Positions 50,122 to 61,510 of a stretch of DNA of 64,000 nucleotides are shown one piece after another. The translations under genes were made by a program, and so were the position numbers. The stretch lies in assembly GCF_038025025.1 (NCBI RefSeq), contig NW_027117344.1:930001-994000 (forward strand), given 5' to 3'. The notes below the pieces were generated by a model, which saw only the letters and a list, made by a program, of their open reading frames with translations, did not search any database and had not been told where the DNA came from. The DNA comes from Phyllosticta citribraziliensis (lineage: Eukaryota). Position 1 is the first letter of the stretch. Every line of letters starts with the position of its first letter.

Positions 50122-51475
50122 TCAGTCGATGAGCGGCTTCGTAGCACCTCCGACTATAGCCATGCCCAGGGCGGCGAGGCCGTTTGGTTCACTAGCTCTG
50201 ACCACATGTGCCGCAGGAAGCATAGGGTTGTCTGGGCTGACGTGCGCAGCGTCCTTGGCTGCTTGCTCGATGGCCTCCATCTCTTGCTTACACCCGGCGT
50301 GGTCGAACGGGCAAACAACAATTGGTTGCCGCAGCAGAATGTCTTTGGCCGATGACATGGTTGCCTTTGTTCGTCAGTACCGCCCATCTGCTACCAAAAC
50401 GTCAAAACCTCGACTTACTTTCACCGTGAGATAATACTCAATCTTGTAGAGAGTTCCAGTCGTCGTGAATCCGCTGACGGCGTATCTGGGAAATCTCGAG
50501 TTTCCTCGTGGCAAGATGCCCTCGTTGTCTCTGTAGTCTTTTGCCGGAAACATGAGGCCCAGGTTTGTGAAGTAGCCGGCCTCGGGCATCCGCACGCCAA
50601 CCGCCTGGGTGGTCTTTGTTAGGCACTTAACCTTCCTGGTGGGCTCGTCCCCCTCGTGGTTGTACACAATCTCTTCGTCTATTCCCACCGTGATTTTCTG
50701 AATCGTGACCTTTCTTGCCTTGGCCATCCAATCTGGATTGGGCGACAGTTTGATATATACGCTGACCGGGTCGAGGGGACCGTATGACCATCGCGGTAAT
50801 GAGATTCCAAGAGTCACCAAGTGATCCGAGACGCGCTCGGCAGACTCTGGCCTGTTGTACATGCCAAACGTTGAAAGAGTGTCGTAACGTTGGATTGGGA
50901 CGGGAAACGGGTACTTTCGCTGCTCCTGTGCACCTTGTTGGACAGTGACGACCAGCTCGTAAAAGGTCTCGGCGGTTCGACTGGGCAACTGTAGACTCGC
51001 GGGTGGTACTCGACGGGCGATTTCTTCACCTCCACGTCCGTATGGGATGAAGATGACAAAGGGCAAGTCCATTGCGAATATTTCTACCGCTTCGCGACCG
51101 AGTGGAGCTCGATACAGAAGCATTTCTTTCCCCACAATGTCGGTAATCTCCTTGCGCGGGGCTGCGAGGTGCTTCTTGGTCACCGAATCGGCGGCGGGGT
51201 GTATGCTCTCGCGACGCTGCAGAGCGATGGTGACGAGCGATATGGTAAGGGGCTTGGTGATGCCTAGAGCAGGTCTGATCTCGACTTTGCCCTCTATTCG
51301 CGGCTGTTGAGCACATGGTTAGCTGGCGAGGTACACTCATTGTAGCACAGCTTTCCCGCACACGCCAGAAAGCTTGTGACGCTGGGCGTCGACATACCAA
51401 TGTCGCCGAGATGCCTGGATAGCCGACCAAGAAATTGCTGTTTGGCGGGCCAGACACGCGCACGAGAGCCGACAT
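50122..51475 (-). CDS. Arrestin-like fold protein, conserved in Pezizomycotina; 2 introns
   Basis: MSALVRVSGPPNSNFLVGYPGISATL|PRIEGKVEIRP, DLPFVIFIP, PPASL, ETFYELVV, YDTLSTF, FTTTGTLYKIEYYLTVK|A..SSAKDILLRQPIVV. Confidence 0.75.
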
Positions 51476-52231
51476 GGCTGCGGTCTAGTTGTCAGTGGTC
51501 GGGCGCTGGCCAGCGGTGGGAGCCGCATGGGGAGACGGCTCTGCGCGCGACAGCAGCCCAAGCTCCAAGGCCGACAAACGAAGGCTTCTGTGGGTGGGAG
51601 GGGCCGCGGGCAGGCAGCAAGGCAGGCGCAGCGGGACGAGGCAACGGCGGGGGATGGAGCAAAAGCCGACGGAAGCGAGGCTGGAGATGGGAAATGAAGA
51701 GATTCGGCAGGCGAGGGCGAGCGGCGGCGGCGGTGGAGAGGTGGTGGTTGGTGGGTGGTGGTAGGGTAGCGGAGCGGAGCGGTGCGGTGCGGTGCGGCAG
51801 GCTGCGGCGGCACCGCGTCGGGTGGTAGTGGTGAGGTGGTGGTAGGAGTGGACGGAGGGCGAGGTGACGATGAGGTGGGAGGAGGGAGTGGTGGTGTTTG
51901 AGCTGCGGACAGCGGTTTCAAGGACGTCCAGGTTGTGGTTCGGGAGCGGAGGTGAGCATATGTGGCGTCTGACGGCGTCCAACCTTGAGCACTCCCTCAG
52001 CACCGCAGCAAGTGGAAAGGAAGCGGAGCGGGTTGCTTGGGGACGGGTGCAGGGACTGCCTGACAGCACGAGGGACCAAGAGAGCCACCGACCCGGCGAC
52101 CAGACACTGCCTGCTCCGCTGCACAGGCAGGGCGCGCCGCCCGCTGCCCCGTGGGCGAGAATGCCACGGACTGGACTCCCCCACGGCAGTCTCTCTCTCC
52201 CAGCCCGACGTCACCTCTCCCTCCCTCTACC

Positions 52232-52861
52232 ATGTCCGTTACAGTGAGTCGACCACCTCGGTCCCTGTTGCGTCTTGGTCTTCACTTGTACTGACGCGTC
52301 CAGCTTCACACCGACCGCGGCGACCTCAAAATCGAGGTCTTTTGCGAAAGCGTCCCCAAGACCGCCGAAGTACGTACCTACCTTCTCACCTTGCCTTTGA
52401 CCCCATTCGACGCGCATGCCATGCTGACGCCTGTTCCGCAGAATTTTCTCGCGCTTTGCGCTTCTGGCCAGTATGACGGCTCGCCCTTCCATCGCCTGAT
52501 CCCCTCCTTCATGATCCAGACCGGCAGTCCTGCATCAGACCCCAAGTCCAAGTCCTCCCTCTCCATCTACACCACCCCGGACCGTCTCTTTGAAGATGAA
52601 ATCAAACCTGCACTGCGCCACAACTCGCGCGGTATCGTGAGCATGGCGAACAAGGGCCCCGATACCAATGGCAGCCAATTCTTCATATGCCTGGCCCCGG
52701 CGCCGCACCTCGATGGCAAAAATACCGTCTTTGGACGAGTCATCCATGGCGACGACGTCCTGGATGAGCTGGAAGCCCTGGAAGTAGACAAGAAACACCG
52801 ACCCAAGGATAAGGTGGTCATCAAAAATGTCACGATCCACGCCAATCCTCTGGCCAGCTAG
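52232..52861 (+). CDS. cyp10: Cyclophilin-type PPIase, PPIL3/Cyp10; introns 52244-52303, 52370-52441
   Basis: MSVT|LHTDRGDLKIEVFCESVPKTAE|NFLALCASG.YD...FHR...FMIQTG, SMANKGPDTNGSQFFI, HLDGKNTVFGRV, VTIHANPLA. Confidence 0.95.
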
Positions 52862-53486
52862 AAAAAATGTCTCGCGCCTTGTGAGGCAATGGCACGGATC
52901 GTCGTGCAACAGCCCGACTGCAAAAACATCTCTTGTACTAGCCACGGCAGGATGCTGAGGTCAAGACTATCGTCTGAGTGGGCGAGCGTTTGCAATATTC
53001 TGGCTTGTCCCTTGTAGAGCCGCCTCAAAAGTACGGACAACCCACGCTAGTTGCGACAGGGCCACGCAATCGAGGCCCAAAGCAAGAAAAGAGAGAGCAT
53101 TCACCTGGTCTCCGTCTTCTGCTTAGAAGCAGCCCTGCAATGAGGCTCAGCGGCTACCCTGTATAGCACACGTCTCAGTTGCGGCGACTACTCTAGCCAG
53201 GTTCTCCGCCACTGACCGCGTCGGGCTGTCTGACACCCAAGGCACCGTGAAACACTGCGTCGAAACAATTCCACACGCTACAGAGCTGCTGTTGCCGGGC
53301 CAAGGTCCTTGGGCACCTGCCAGCCAGGCTGATCGGTAGACACAGAAAAGGCACGGAGTTGGGCCTCTGGCATATGGATACAAGGTCTAATCTATCTACT
53401 ATCGTCTGTCAACGCCATTATGGTCAATGCAAAGCTTCAGTTCGACACTTATTATCTAGCAGTGAGTATTATGTCCGTCCTGGTCT

Positions 53487-54871
53487 TTAGGTCTCGCTCG
53501 GTTTCGCCTTGCGGGACTTGGATTTCTTCCCTTTCGAAGCTTGCTCTTCCTTCTCCAGATCTTTCGCTGCCTTGGCTTTCCGGACGAGATCCTCTAGAGC
53601 CGCAAGCTCCTCCTTCTGCTTCTTCGCCTTGTCCTGTTCCTCTCCTCGCTTCTTGCCCTGCGCCCGTTTCAAAGCACCCTGCGCCTCGAGTTCCTCTATC
53701 GTCTTTTCGCTGGCCTTCCAGAGCCCCTGCTGCACTTGCTCATCGTCAATCTCACTCCTCATGTACTTGATCTCCCTGCATTCCTTCAGGTACTTTCCTC
53801 CCGAATCGCGACCCAGCATATCGTCCATGGCAGCCCACAAGTACGTTTGAGCGCCTTGCTCGGGGCTCTTAAGAACCAACCACCACATTGGCCAGGTAAT
53901 CAGGTAGAGCGCCAGCCCCCATAGGGTCCCGAAAGTCAAGTATCTCCGCATGCCCGGTGTCCTTGTGAATCCCGGGTCGATTACGAATACGCGTGCGGAC
54001 ATAGGAAATTGATCCGGCCTTTTCCACGAAGACAGGTGCTTCTGGAAGGCGGACGCGAATGTCATGAGTGCGAGCTTCGAAGTGGCGTCGGCGGAAGTTG
54101 CTTCAAAAGCCACAGTCTCCTTGGGCTTGCCCTTCCTTGACTTGCTCTTTCCGGTTTTCTTGTCTCCCTCGGCATCGCGCTTAAAGTCTGGAAGTTGTCC
54201 GCCCATATAGTTGCTGCAAGTGCTAAACATTATCCGAATGTCCCGGTCTGGGGGTTGAGAACGCAAAGCGGGGCTGAGGATGCTGAGGAGGTGGAAGTTT
54301 GCCAGGTAGTTGACGCCCCAGCTTTCCTCCAGGCCATCCTCAGTCACTTTGACCCGAGCACCCTTGGGCGTGAACGTGTTGGCGCAGAAGATGATCATGT
54401 CCAATCGGCGCGCGGGTATATTGTCGATCCATTTCGTGGCAAACTTGCGAACACTGTGGAGAGAGGCAAGGTCGACGTGTTCGGCAGTAATGAGTTGGTT
54501 GTTCGTCTGCTCGCGCAAATCCTCGATGTAATCCACCAAGAACGGATCGGAAAGCTCGTGCTGGGTCAACAAGACTAGGTGGGCTCCACGGAGGGCGAGT
54601 TCACGGGCAACTTGTGCTCCTATTCCAGATGTTCCGCCCTGGAACTCCGAATTAGCACGCTTGGGACCACTTTGTGAGTTAGGGCGTGACCTACCGTCAA
54701 CAAGACGACTTTCGCATGCATCTTCCGCTCAGAGGTGTTCACACTTCCACCAAAGTACCTCTTGAGCGCGTACAAGACGAGCAGCCATGGTAGGAGTTTG
54801 ATGGCGGTCCATGCGTACGGTATGCTGCCAATGCCATCGAAAACGACCTGAGTGGCGATAGGAACAGGCAT
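53487..54871 (-). CDS. Membrane-anchored short-chain dehydrogenase/reductase, Pbr1(YNL181W)-like; intron 54639-54694
   Basis: K.YFGG..N..ERKMHAKVVLLT|GGTSGIG, DLASLHSVRKFATKWIDN.P.RRLDM, VNYLANFHLLSILSP, DPGFTRTPGMRR. Confidence 0.9.
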
Positions 54872-55396
54872 TGCTGCTGAGAAAAGGTGATGGTGCCCCA
54901 GACGAGTGGCTCACGCCGAAGAGCACATACGCACGCCAAGGGGTTCCTGGGGCTAAACCGGAAAAGGAACGCTCCAACGGCCTCGCGCTCAACTGAAGGT
55001 GGTTGGTCCAACCGTGACTGCACGAGATTGGATGAGATGGAAGCCTTGTCAACCGAAGCACGGGCTAGAGGATATTCAACGGAACCAATAGCTGGCCAAC
55101 AACTCTGCTCAATTGGGCTGCTTGGTTCTCTCCGCTGCGAGGTCCGTTCATCACCTCCACCGCAGTCGTTCTGCCGGCAGATCTTATCTCGGGACGATCT
55201 TGATCTTGACCGCCCTGAGGTGGAGCTCTGACTCTCCACCCACTGACCCCCGGGCCGTCCAGAAGCCACCCTCCGCTCCGGCTTGCTGGCGTCATCGGAT
55301 TGCTCTACCGTACTTCATCAACACCACAGTCCCGCCTCTCTTCCGCGCAACCTTTTCATCGCAACTTTCATCTCAATTGCACGTACGACTTCTAAG

Positions 55397-56476
55397 ATGG
55401 TGCTGGAGGAAGCTTCCTCGGGCGGAATGCCCGAAGGCTCAGACACCTCGGAACAAGCAGGCAATCCTCCTCAAGGCCGTTACAACCTCGACCCCAGCAA
55501 GTTCCCTAAGCCCATGGACCTTTTCCCTTTCCGTTCATCCACGGAACCGTGGCTGAACAAGACGGCGCACGATATCCAATTGTACACGGCACACTGGGCA
55601 GGGCTCCTCGGTCGACCACCCACACAAACAGAGATGGAGGCTTACTCCTACCACCTCGCGGACAAGAATCGAATCGCGATGAACGGCACACAACTGGGTG
55701 TTTATTGGGGCTTCTGGCGCACATGGGCCACGCGCAAAGAGTGCAACTGGCCATTTATCCAACCGTACAAGAAGTATCCCGATTTCAACCCAAACAAATT
55801 CTGGTGGCTTGAAGGACAACAAGCACTCCTTACTCGCCATTTTTTTCGTCTCGCAGCATGGAGTTTATGGGGATCGGTCCTGGGCTGGTTCCTCTTCGAC
55901 AACTACGGCTCCGTCCGCGCCGTCAGGGCAATGTTGCGGGATGATCGGTTAAAGGCCTTCGAAGAGGCACGGGAGCGAAATAGGAAGCTTCAAGCGCAAA
56001 AGCAGGCGGCCAGTGGTCCTCGCCCTTCACCGGCGGCGGTCAATGTGCGGGGACAGGGAGACGACGGGTCCTATGGGTCTTCGACTGGCGAAGGCTGGTC
56101 ATTCTCCGGTTCGGGTGGCTTCAGTGGAGAAGGCCAAGCTTCGACGCGTCAGGCTAGCCAGTGGTCTACGAGTCCCGCTCCGGACCCTGTTCCTCAAGAC
56201 GATGCCTCGCCGACTGGGGGCTTGGGTCTGTGGGACGACAGCAGTCAGTCAGCATCTACGGGGTCCTCATGGGATCGGGTCAGACAGCAGTCGGCGCCCA
56301 CGAGACCGACAGCTCAGCCTCCGAAGTCGACATCTTCAGAGAGCGACTGGATTTCTCCAGAGGCATCATCACAGCAGCCGCAGCAGAAATTGGGAGCATG
56401 GGATAAAATCCGACAGCAAAATCAACAAGAGACAGCACCGCAGCAGAAGAATGACGATGACAGTTGGTGGAAATAG
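55397..56476 (+). CDS. Conserved hypothetical protein with ~2 hydrophobic segments and a disordered tail
   Basis: Intronless 359-codon ORF; LGRPPTQTE, WPF, two aromatic/hydrophobic stretches, DDRL, DDASPTGG, repeated WDxxR. Confidence 0.75.
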   Translation: MVLEEASSGGMPEGSDTSEQAGNPPQGRYNLDPSKFPKPMDLFPFRSSTEPWLNKTAHDIQLYTAHWAGLLGRPPTQTEMEAYSYHLADKNRIAMNGTQLGVYWGFWRTWATRKECNWPFIQPYKKYPDFNPNKFWWLEGQQALLTRHFFRLAAWSLWGSVLGWFLFDNYGSVRAVRAMLRDDRLKAFEEARERNRKLQAQKQAASGPRPSPAAVNVRGQGDDGSYGSSTGEGWSFSGSGGFSGEGQASTRQASQWSTSPAPDPVPQDDASPTGGLGLWDDSSQSASTGSSWDRVRQQSAPTRPTAQPPKSTSSESDWISPEASSQQPQQKLGAWDKIRQQNQQETAPQQKNDDDSWWK

Positions 56477-56902
56477 TCGAGATGGCATGTTTGGCAGTGT
56501 CCATCCACAAGGCGGCGAGCGAGCAGCACCAAAGGTATGGTAGTAAGCTATGTACGTCGGTAGTGATGGTGGTGATGGTGGCGGGCTCGGGACGGAGCGG
56601 GAGGCACAGCGGAGGAGGGATTGGAACGGAGCAACTGGCATGGACCCTGGTCGACAAGGTGGTGGACGAAGTCTTGTACAGCAAAGGCGCGCGCGATCTA
56701 AAAAGCAAGTGCGGTCAGATCGACGGCGAGGCAGAGATAAGGTTGCGGAGAATACGACGGGCGATGCGATGTGATGGGCCGCAATGTCTTGGTTGTGTCG
56801 TGTGAGGGTTGAGATCAATGGTGGTTTCGACTTGGGGCGCGGCCGTGGCTAGCGCAGAGGAGAGGTGAGGTGACAGCCAGGGACCAGACTAAAATAGGGT
56901 CT

Positions 56903-56930
56903 GGCTGGTTGGTTGGTTGGTTGGTTGGTT
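56903..56930. repeat. Microsatellite (TGGT)n
   Basis: ~6-7 tandem copies seen directly. Confidence 0.8.
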
Positions 56931-57110
56931 GTATGGTTGCATGGCGGCTGAAGCTGTACATACGGTACTGAACAATGCAGTCCAACCCGACGCGTACCTG
57001 ATGATGGATGGTTGCAGGGGCCGTGGTTGGCCGGCGACTCGAGTGAAACAAACGGACCGCACCGAACGACCAAGAGAAGGGCGCTGGTGTTGTACATACT
57101 GTACTCGTCC

Positions 57111-57136
57111 CTGCTCTGCTCTGCTCTGCTCTGCTC
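57111..57136. repeat. Microsatellite (CTGCT)n
   Basis: ~5 tandem copies seen directly. Confidence 0.8.
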
Positions 57137-57776
57137 GTCTTTGTTATTCTGGTCATTATTCCTCGTCACCGCCATGACCACCCGACCTCAGACTGACTGC
57201 CGTGGAGGCGCAATTTCCCACGCCCGTCCCGGCCAATGGGCGAGCGCGCGGCCTTGGGCCTGTTCCTGTGCTTAGCCGTCCGACAAAGAGTGTTCAGGCC
57301 CTCACGTCGCCTCTCCTCCTCGTCCCAACTCACGTCAACCTTGCTTGCTTGTCACAAGGCTGCTCCCGTCCATCGCTTCCTCACTCACAGTATTTTCCTT
57401 TACTCTGCCGCCCCAGGCGTCTCGTCTCGCCTCGGCGCATCCTGTCCTGTCTTGTCCTTCTCCTCCGCTCTCTTCTCTCCCGGTCTTCCTTCCTCTCTCT
57501 GCACTCTGCCTTCCTTCGGCTCCTTCCAACCTTAGCAAACGCCTCCCGACACCCCCATCACCATAACAACAACCCGTCCTTCTTTTCTACCCGAAACTCA
57601 ACTCCACTTCTACTCGACAACCCCCGCGGCATGGATCTTTGAGACCCCCACTGTCCCTCCGTTTGCTCGACCATTGATCGACCTGCTCGGCCCAGCAACT
57701 CGCTCCGCTCCACCTCCTGTGCCAATTGCTGCTGCGCGTCGCCAACCGGCGCTGCCAGCCACGAGAGGCCAGCGCC

Positions 57777-59637
57777 ATGTCGCCGCCTTTGAAGACGGCC
57801 CTCGCCCTCCTTCTGGCCCTCGCCGCGATCTTGTTGCCTTCCGTCTCCGCCGCAGACTCGTGCATATCACTGGCCGGGTCGACCCAATGCTCAGCTTTCA
57901 GTTCGGCACACATATCAACTGATTCCACCTTGACCGGCCTCTTGTCAGTTGCTACCTCTCGTCCCGTCTCTCTCAGCGCTGACCCTCAATCAGCCCATTT
58001 CTCAGCTACGTATCCGACAGGGCCTCGTTCGACCGCTACCTGTCTTCTTACGTCAATTCTAGTTTCGTCGAGCAGAGGTACCGACCGTTTGTCACCTATG
58101 CTCAATCGCCAAGATGCTGACCGACTCGTAGATATGTCAACCTGTTGGGTTGCACCAAAGTTAATCTTGATAACACAACAGACCTTTACGCGAGGTACAC
58201 GACTAGCGTATTGTGCAATGCCATAGTACAGAATTCTCTCACGCCCTGCAATTTGACTTCTCAGCAGTCGCGTCCGCTGTGCGCCGATACCTGCGTTTGT
58301 CCCCCTGCCAAGACCCTCATCTGGCCCCCAAGTTCCTAACTGGTCGCAGGCCGATTATGCCATCAGCGAACAGGAGATTGTCGCGACTCCTCAGATATGC
58401 TCGTCCAACAGCTCCGAAGTCAATAGCCAGATCCGCGCCGATTTCACCAATTGCGCCCTGCCAGCCGACTCCTTGAGTGGTTCGTGTATTTCCGGTGTGG
58501 AGAATGAGCCGGACGACTGCGGATATTCCAGCAATCTTGAGGGATTGTGTGGTTTTTGCGCGACGAGCTCTCCAAACGCGACCGACTCCTGTTGTGTCAA
58601 CTCTGACGTAAACAATCGCTGCAAAAACGTCCGCCTGCCCACAACGACTTCGCTTCCGCCTCTTTTCACGACCACAGCAACTGCGAGTCCAACCGCCGGA
58701 GCCCACAATGCTACGAGTGACGGAAGCGGGCTATCTGGAGGGAAGATTGCCGGCATAGTCATTGGATCGGTTGTCGGAGCTGCGGTCCTCGTTGGTCTCG
58801 TCATCTTTGCATGTGTGTACATGAGGCGGAGACGAGATGCGAGCCAGACCAGCAGCGTTTTCAATCTGCCAGCTCCTTCCCGATCAGCCGTCGCCGGTCC
58901 CGCCATGTCCTACACCGATGGGGCGCCATCAGCGGTCCCTGTCCCCCCTCCCACCGGGCGCGTCGCTCGCATGTCTGCCCTCGAAACCAGATCCAATACG
59001 GAGCCTTACACAAGTAGCGACCACGGAGCCGCTGCGTACAATTATGAATCCAACACGAGCAGTCCCCAGTCAATGGTCGCGGCCGGTCGGCTTCCCAAAC
59101 GCCGGGGTTCCCTCTCCAGTTCATCGAGGCTCGGCATTGCGGAAGAGGCTCAGTCCCCGGATCAAAGAGATGCTGGTGGCGAGCCATCGTCCCCCGAGTA
59201 CGACAGCGGCCAATCGGAGCAGTTGGCCTTCTTCAAAGACTATTACTCGCAGGACGAGATTCGACCTGGTGATTTGGTCGCCGTGCTTTGGGCCTATCAA
59301 CCTCGCGCCAACGACGAGTTCGAGCTTGAACGGGGTGAAATGATCAAAATCATTGGCATTTGGGATGATGGCTGGGCGACAGGCTTGAAGGTCGCCGACA
59401 GCGCAGAAGACTGGGACTCGCGAAGGAAAATGCAAAGGGACAGCGGCATGTCAAGCGGAACTCAGCAGAGACCGCTGAACACCGTTGGTGATGTCAAGGC
59501 TTTCCCTGTATGTTCACTCTCGCGGTTGAATAGCAGAGGCTGGAATTTGCTAACCCGGACAATAGCTTGTATGTGTTTGCTTGCCTCAGCACTGGCGCAG
59601 AACCATCGATGGTGAAGACGGAGCCTCCGCTCCGTAA
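57777..59637 (+). CDS. Single-pass membrane protein: signal peptide, Cys-rich ectodomain, TM, cytosolic SH3; 4 introns
   Basis: Signal MSPPLKTALALLLALAAILL; CISLAGSTQC..., RPLCADTC, CISGVENEPDDCGY; TM GLSGGKIAGIVIGSVVG..RRRR; SH3 VLWAYQPRANDEFELERG..WDDGWATG..AFP|LVCV. Confidence 0.9.
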
Positions 59638-61510
59638 CTCCTTTGATTTCCACCTTCGGGTTACCTTGCATCTCAGGCGGAATAATATGATGCGGTAACG
59701 ATGAAGTCTTACGCCGATTCGGATTTTCTCGACGCAGACCATGGCCACCAACGAGCCGCACTACGGACAGGTTTGTATGTTGGTATTTCAAAGACGCCAT
59801 CGATCCATCTCGTTTGCGCTCTCTGCTCTTTGGCTTTCTCTCTTTCCGTTGTTTGTTCGATACCCCACGTTGCTGCCCGAATTCGATTCAGTCCTGTTGT
59901 TCAGGCGTCGCATGGCGCATGATTTTTTCTCTTGACCACTTGCATTTTTGCCTCTTTGTTTCATGGGAATGATGCATTCCTGGGATTGGCATATAGAAGC
60001 ATCCCCGTTAATGCTAGCAACCTGGTTAGCGCTCCGCCATCCTGCGCGGTTACGCGCTCGCAACACGAAACACGTGCCGACTTTTTTCCCTTTTTTTTTC
60101 CCCCCCTTGTCGTCACGGACGATTTTTATTCCGCCTGTTGGACAAAACAAATTCGACGGCTTCGTCCGAGTACTGCTGGGATGAACACAGCTTTGTTGGT
60201 TGCCTGTTTGTCAAGATGCCGTCTCAGCCATCTTGTTTGCCACATCATCAGCGCGGGCCGCGCCACTGCGATTGGCTGCCGGGCTGGAGATTTTCCTGCA
60301 ATTCTTTTTTTGACGTCTTGAGCTGGACACATGGATGCATCGGGGAAGCATTGGTACGTGCGAGCTAAGCGTTGACCGTTTCCTTGTCAGAAGACGGCTT
60401 TGGTGTCGATCAAGTTTGAGGATGGACGGATGGGTGCACAGTTGCAATGCTCTGGTCGCGCGCCTTTCAGACGGCGTCGCTGCGAAGCGAATGTTAAGAT
60501 AGCTTGGAGACTGGAATTGTACAGAAGTCCAAAAGAAAGAGCATCTCCTTGGCGGGTCGACGCGCATTCTTGGTCGGCGGCTGAGTGGTAGCTGAATAGG
60601 ACTGCTAAAATAAGACTACTGTTTACGAGCTGGAGCCGTCGGACCAAAGTTGCTTTCGCTCGCGATCTCCGTGTCGAAGTTTTCCCTACTAATCTTGTCG
60701 TGGCGCACGGCGGGTCAGCCAGCGACGTCACTGAGCGGGAGGTGCTCTCATGCATCTATTACGACGCGTTGTCTTTCGCGTCGCGTAGCACATTGCCTTG
60801 CGTCGCTCGCGCCCCACACCGTCTCGGCCTCCCTGCCTGGTGTCTCCTCAAACTCTTGTCCTTGCTTGCTCAGGAAAGTGCGTGTGGCTCCTTGGTAAAC
60901 CAAACAAGTCTTCGACTATGTCTGCCAGTTCGAGGGCATTAATGAGTTCCGGGGCAGGGTGCATATTCTCCATCAGACACGAGTTACTCAATCCAGCAGC
61001 GCACGAGGTGAAATACTAACAGCTCTTGCTCTATGGCAGCTATTTCTTGTATCAGAGAGGAGATGGGTCTATCCCGGGTATATTACAGACAAATGCCGTT
61101 TGAAAGAGAAAAAAGAACAAAAAAAAAAGGCAATCCTGCTCCGCAGCAACTGGGAGAGAAAAGACCCCTCGCAGGCCAGCCGCTTCAAGACAGGGGTTTG
61201 TCTTCTTTTTAAAAACGAGGAAATCCGATCGCAGATGACGAAGATACCCCGGGACCAAGTTGTCGCTGCGAAAGCATGCGACGGTACACGCCAAAACGCC
61301 GGCGCTGGACACAAACGCCGTATACAGCGACTTGAGGTAGTCGTCCTGATCCTCCGTCTTGTTATACAAATGAAAAACCCCGACCGACCTAGTCCGAGAG
61401 TTGGAGCATTTGCCCGGTCTGTCTCAACCGGGCCAGAGACGCCGCTTCGCAGTGACTGTTGAAACAGGAAAAACGTAGAGACTGAAGTGAAATGGAGTCG
61501 GTAAACGGCT

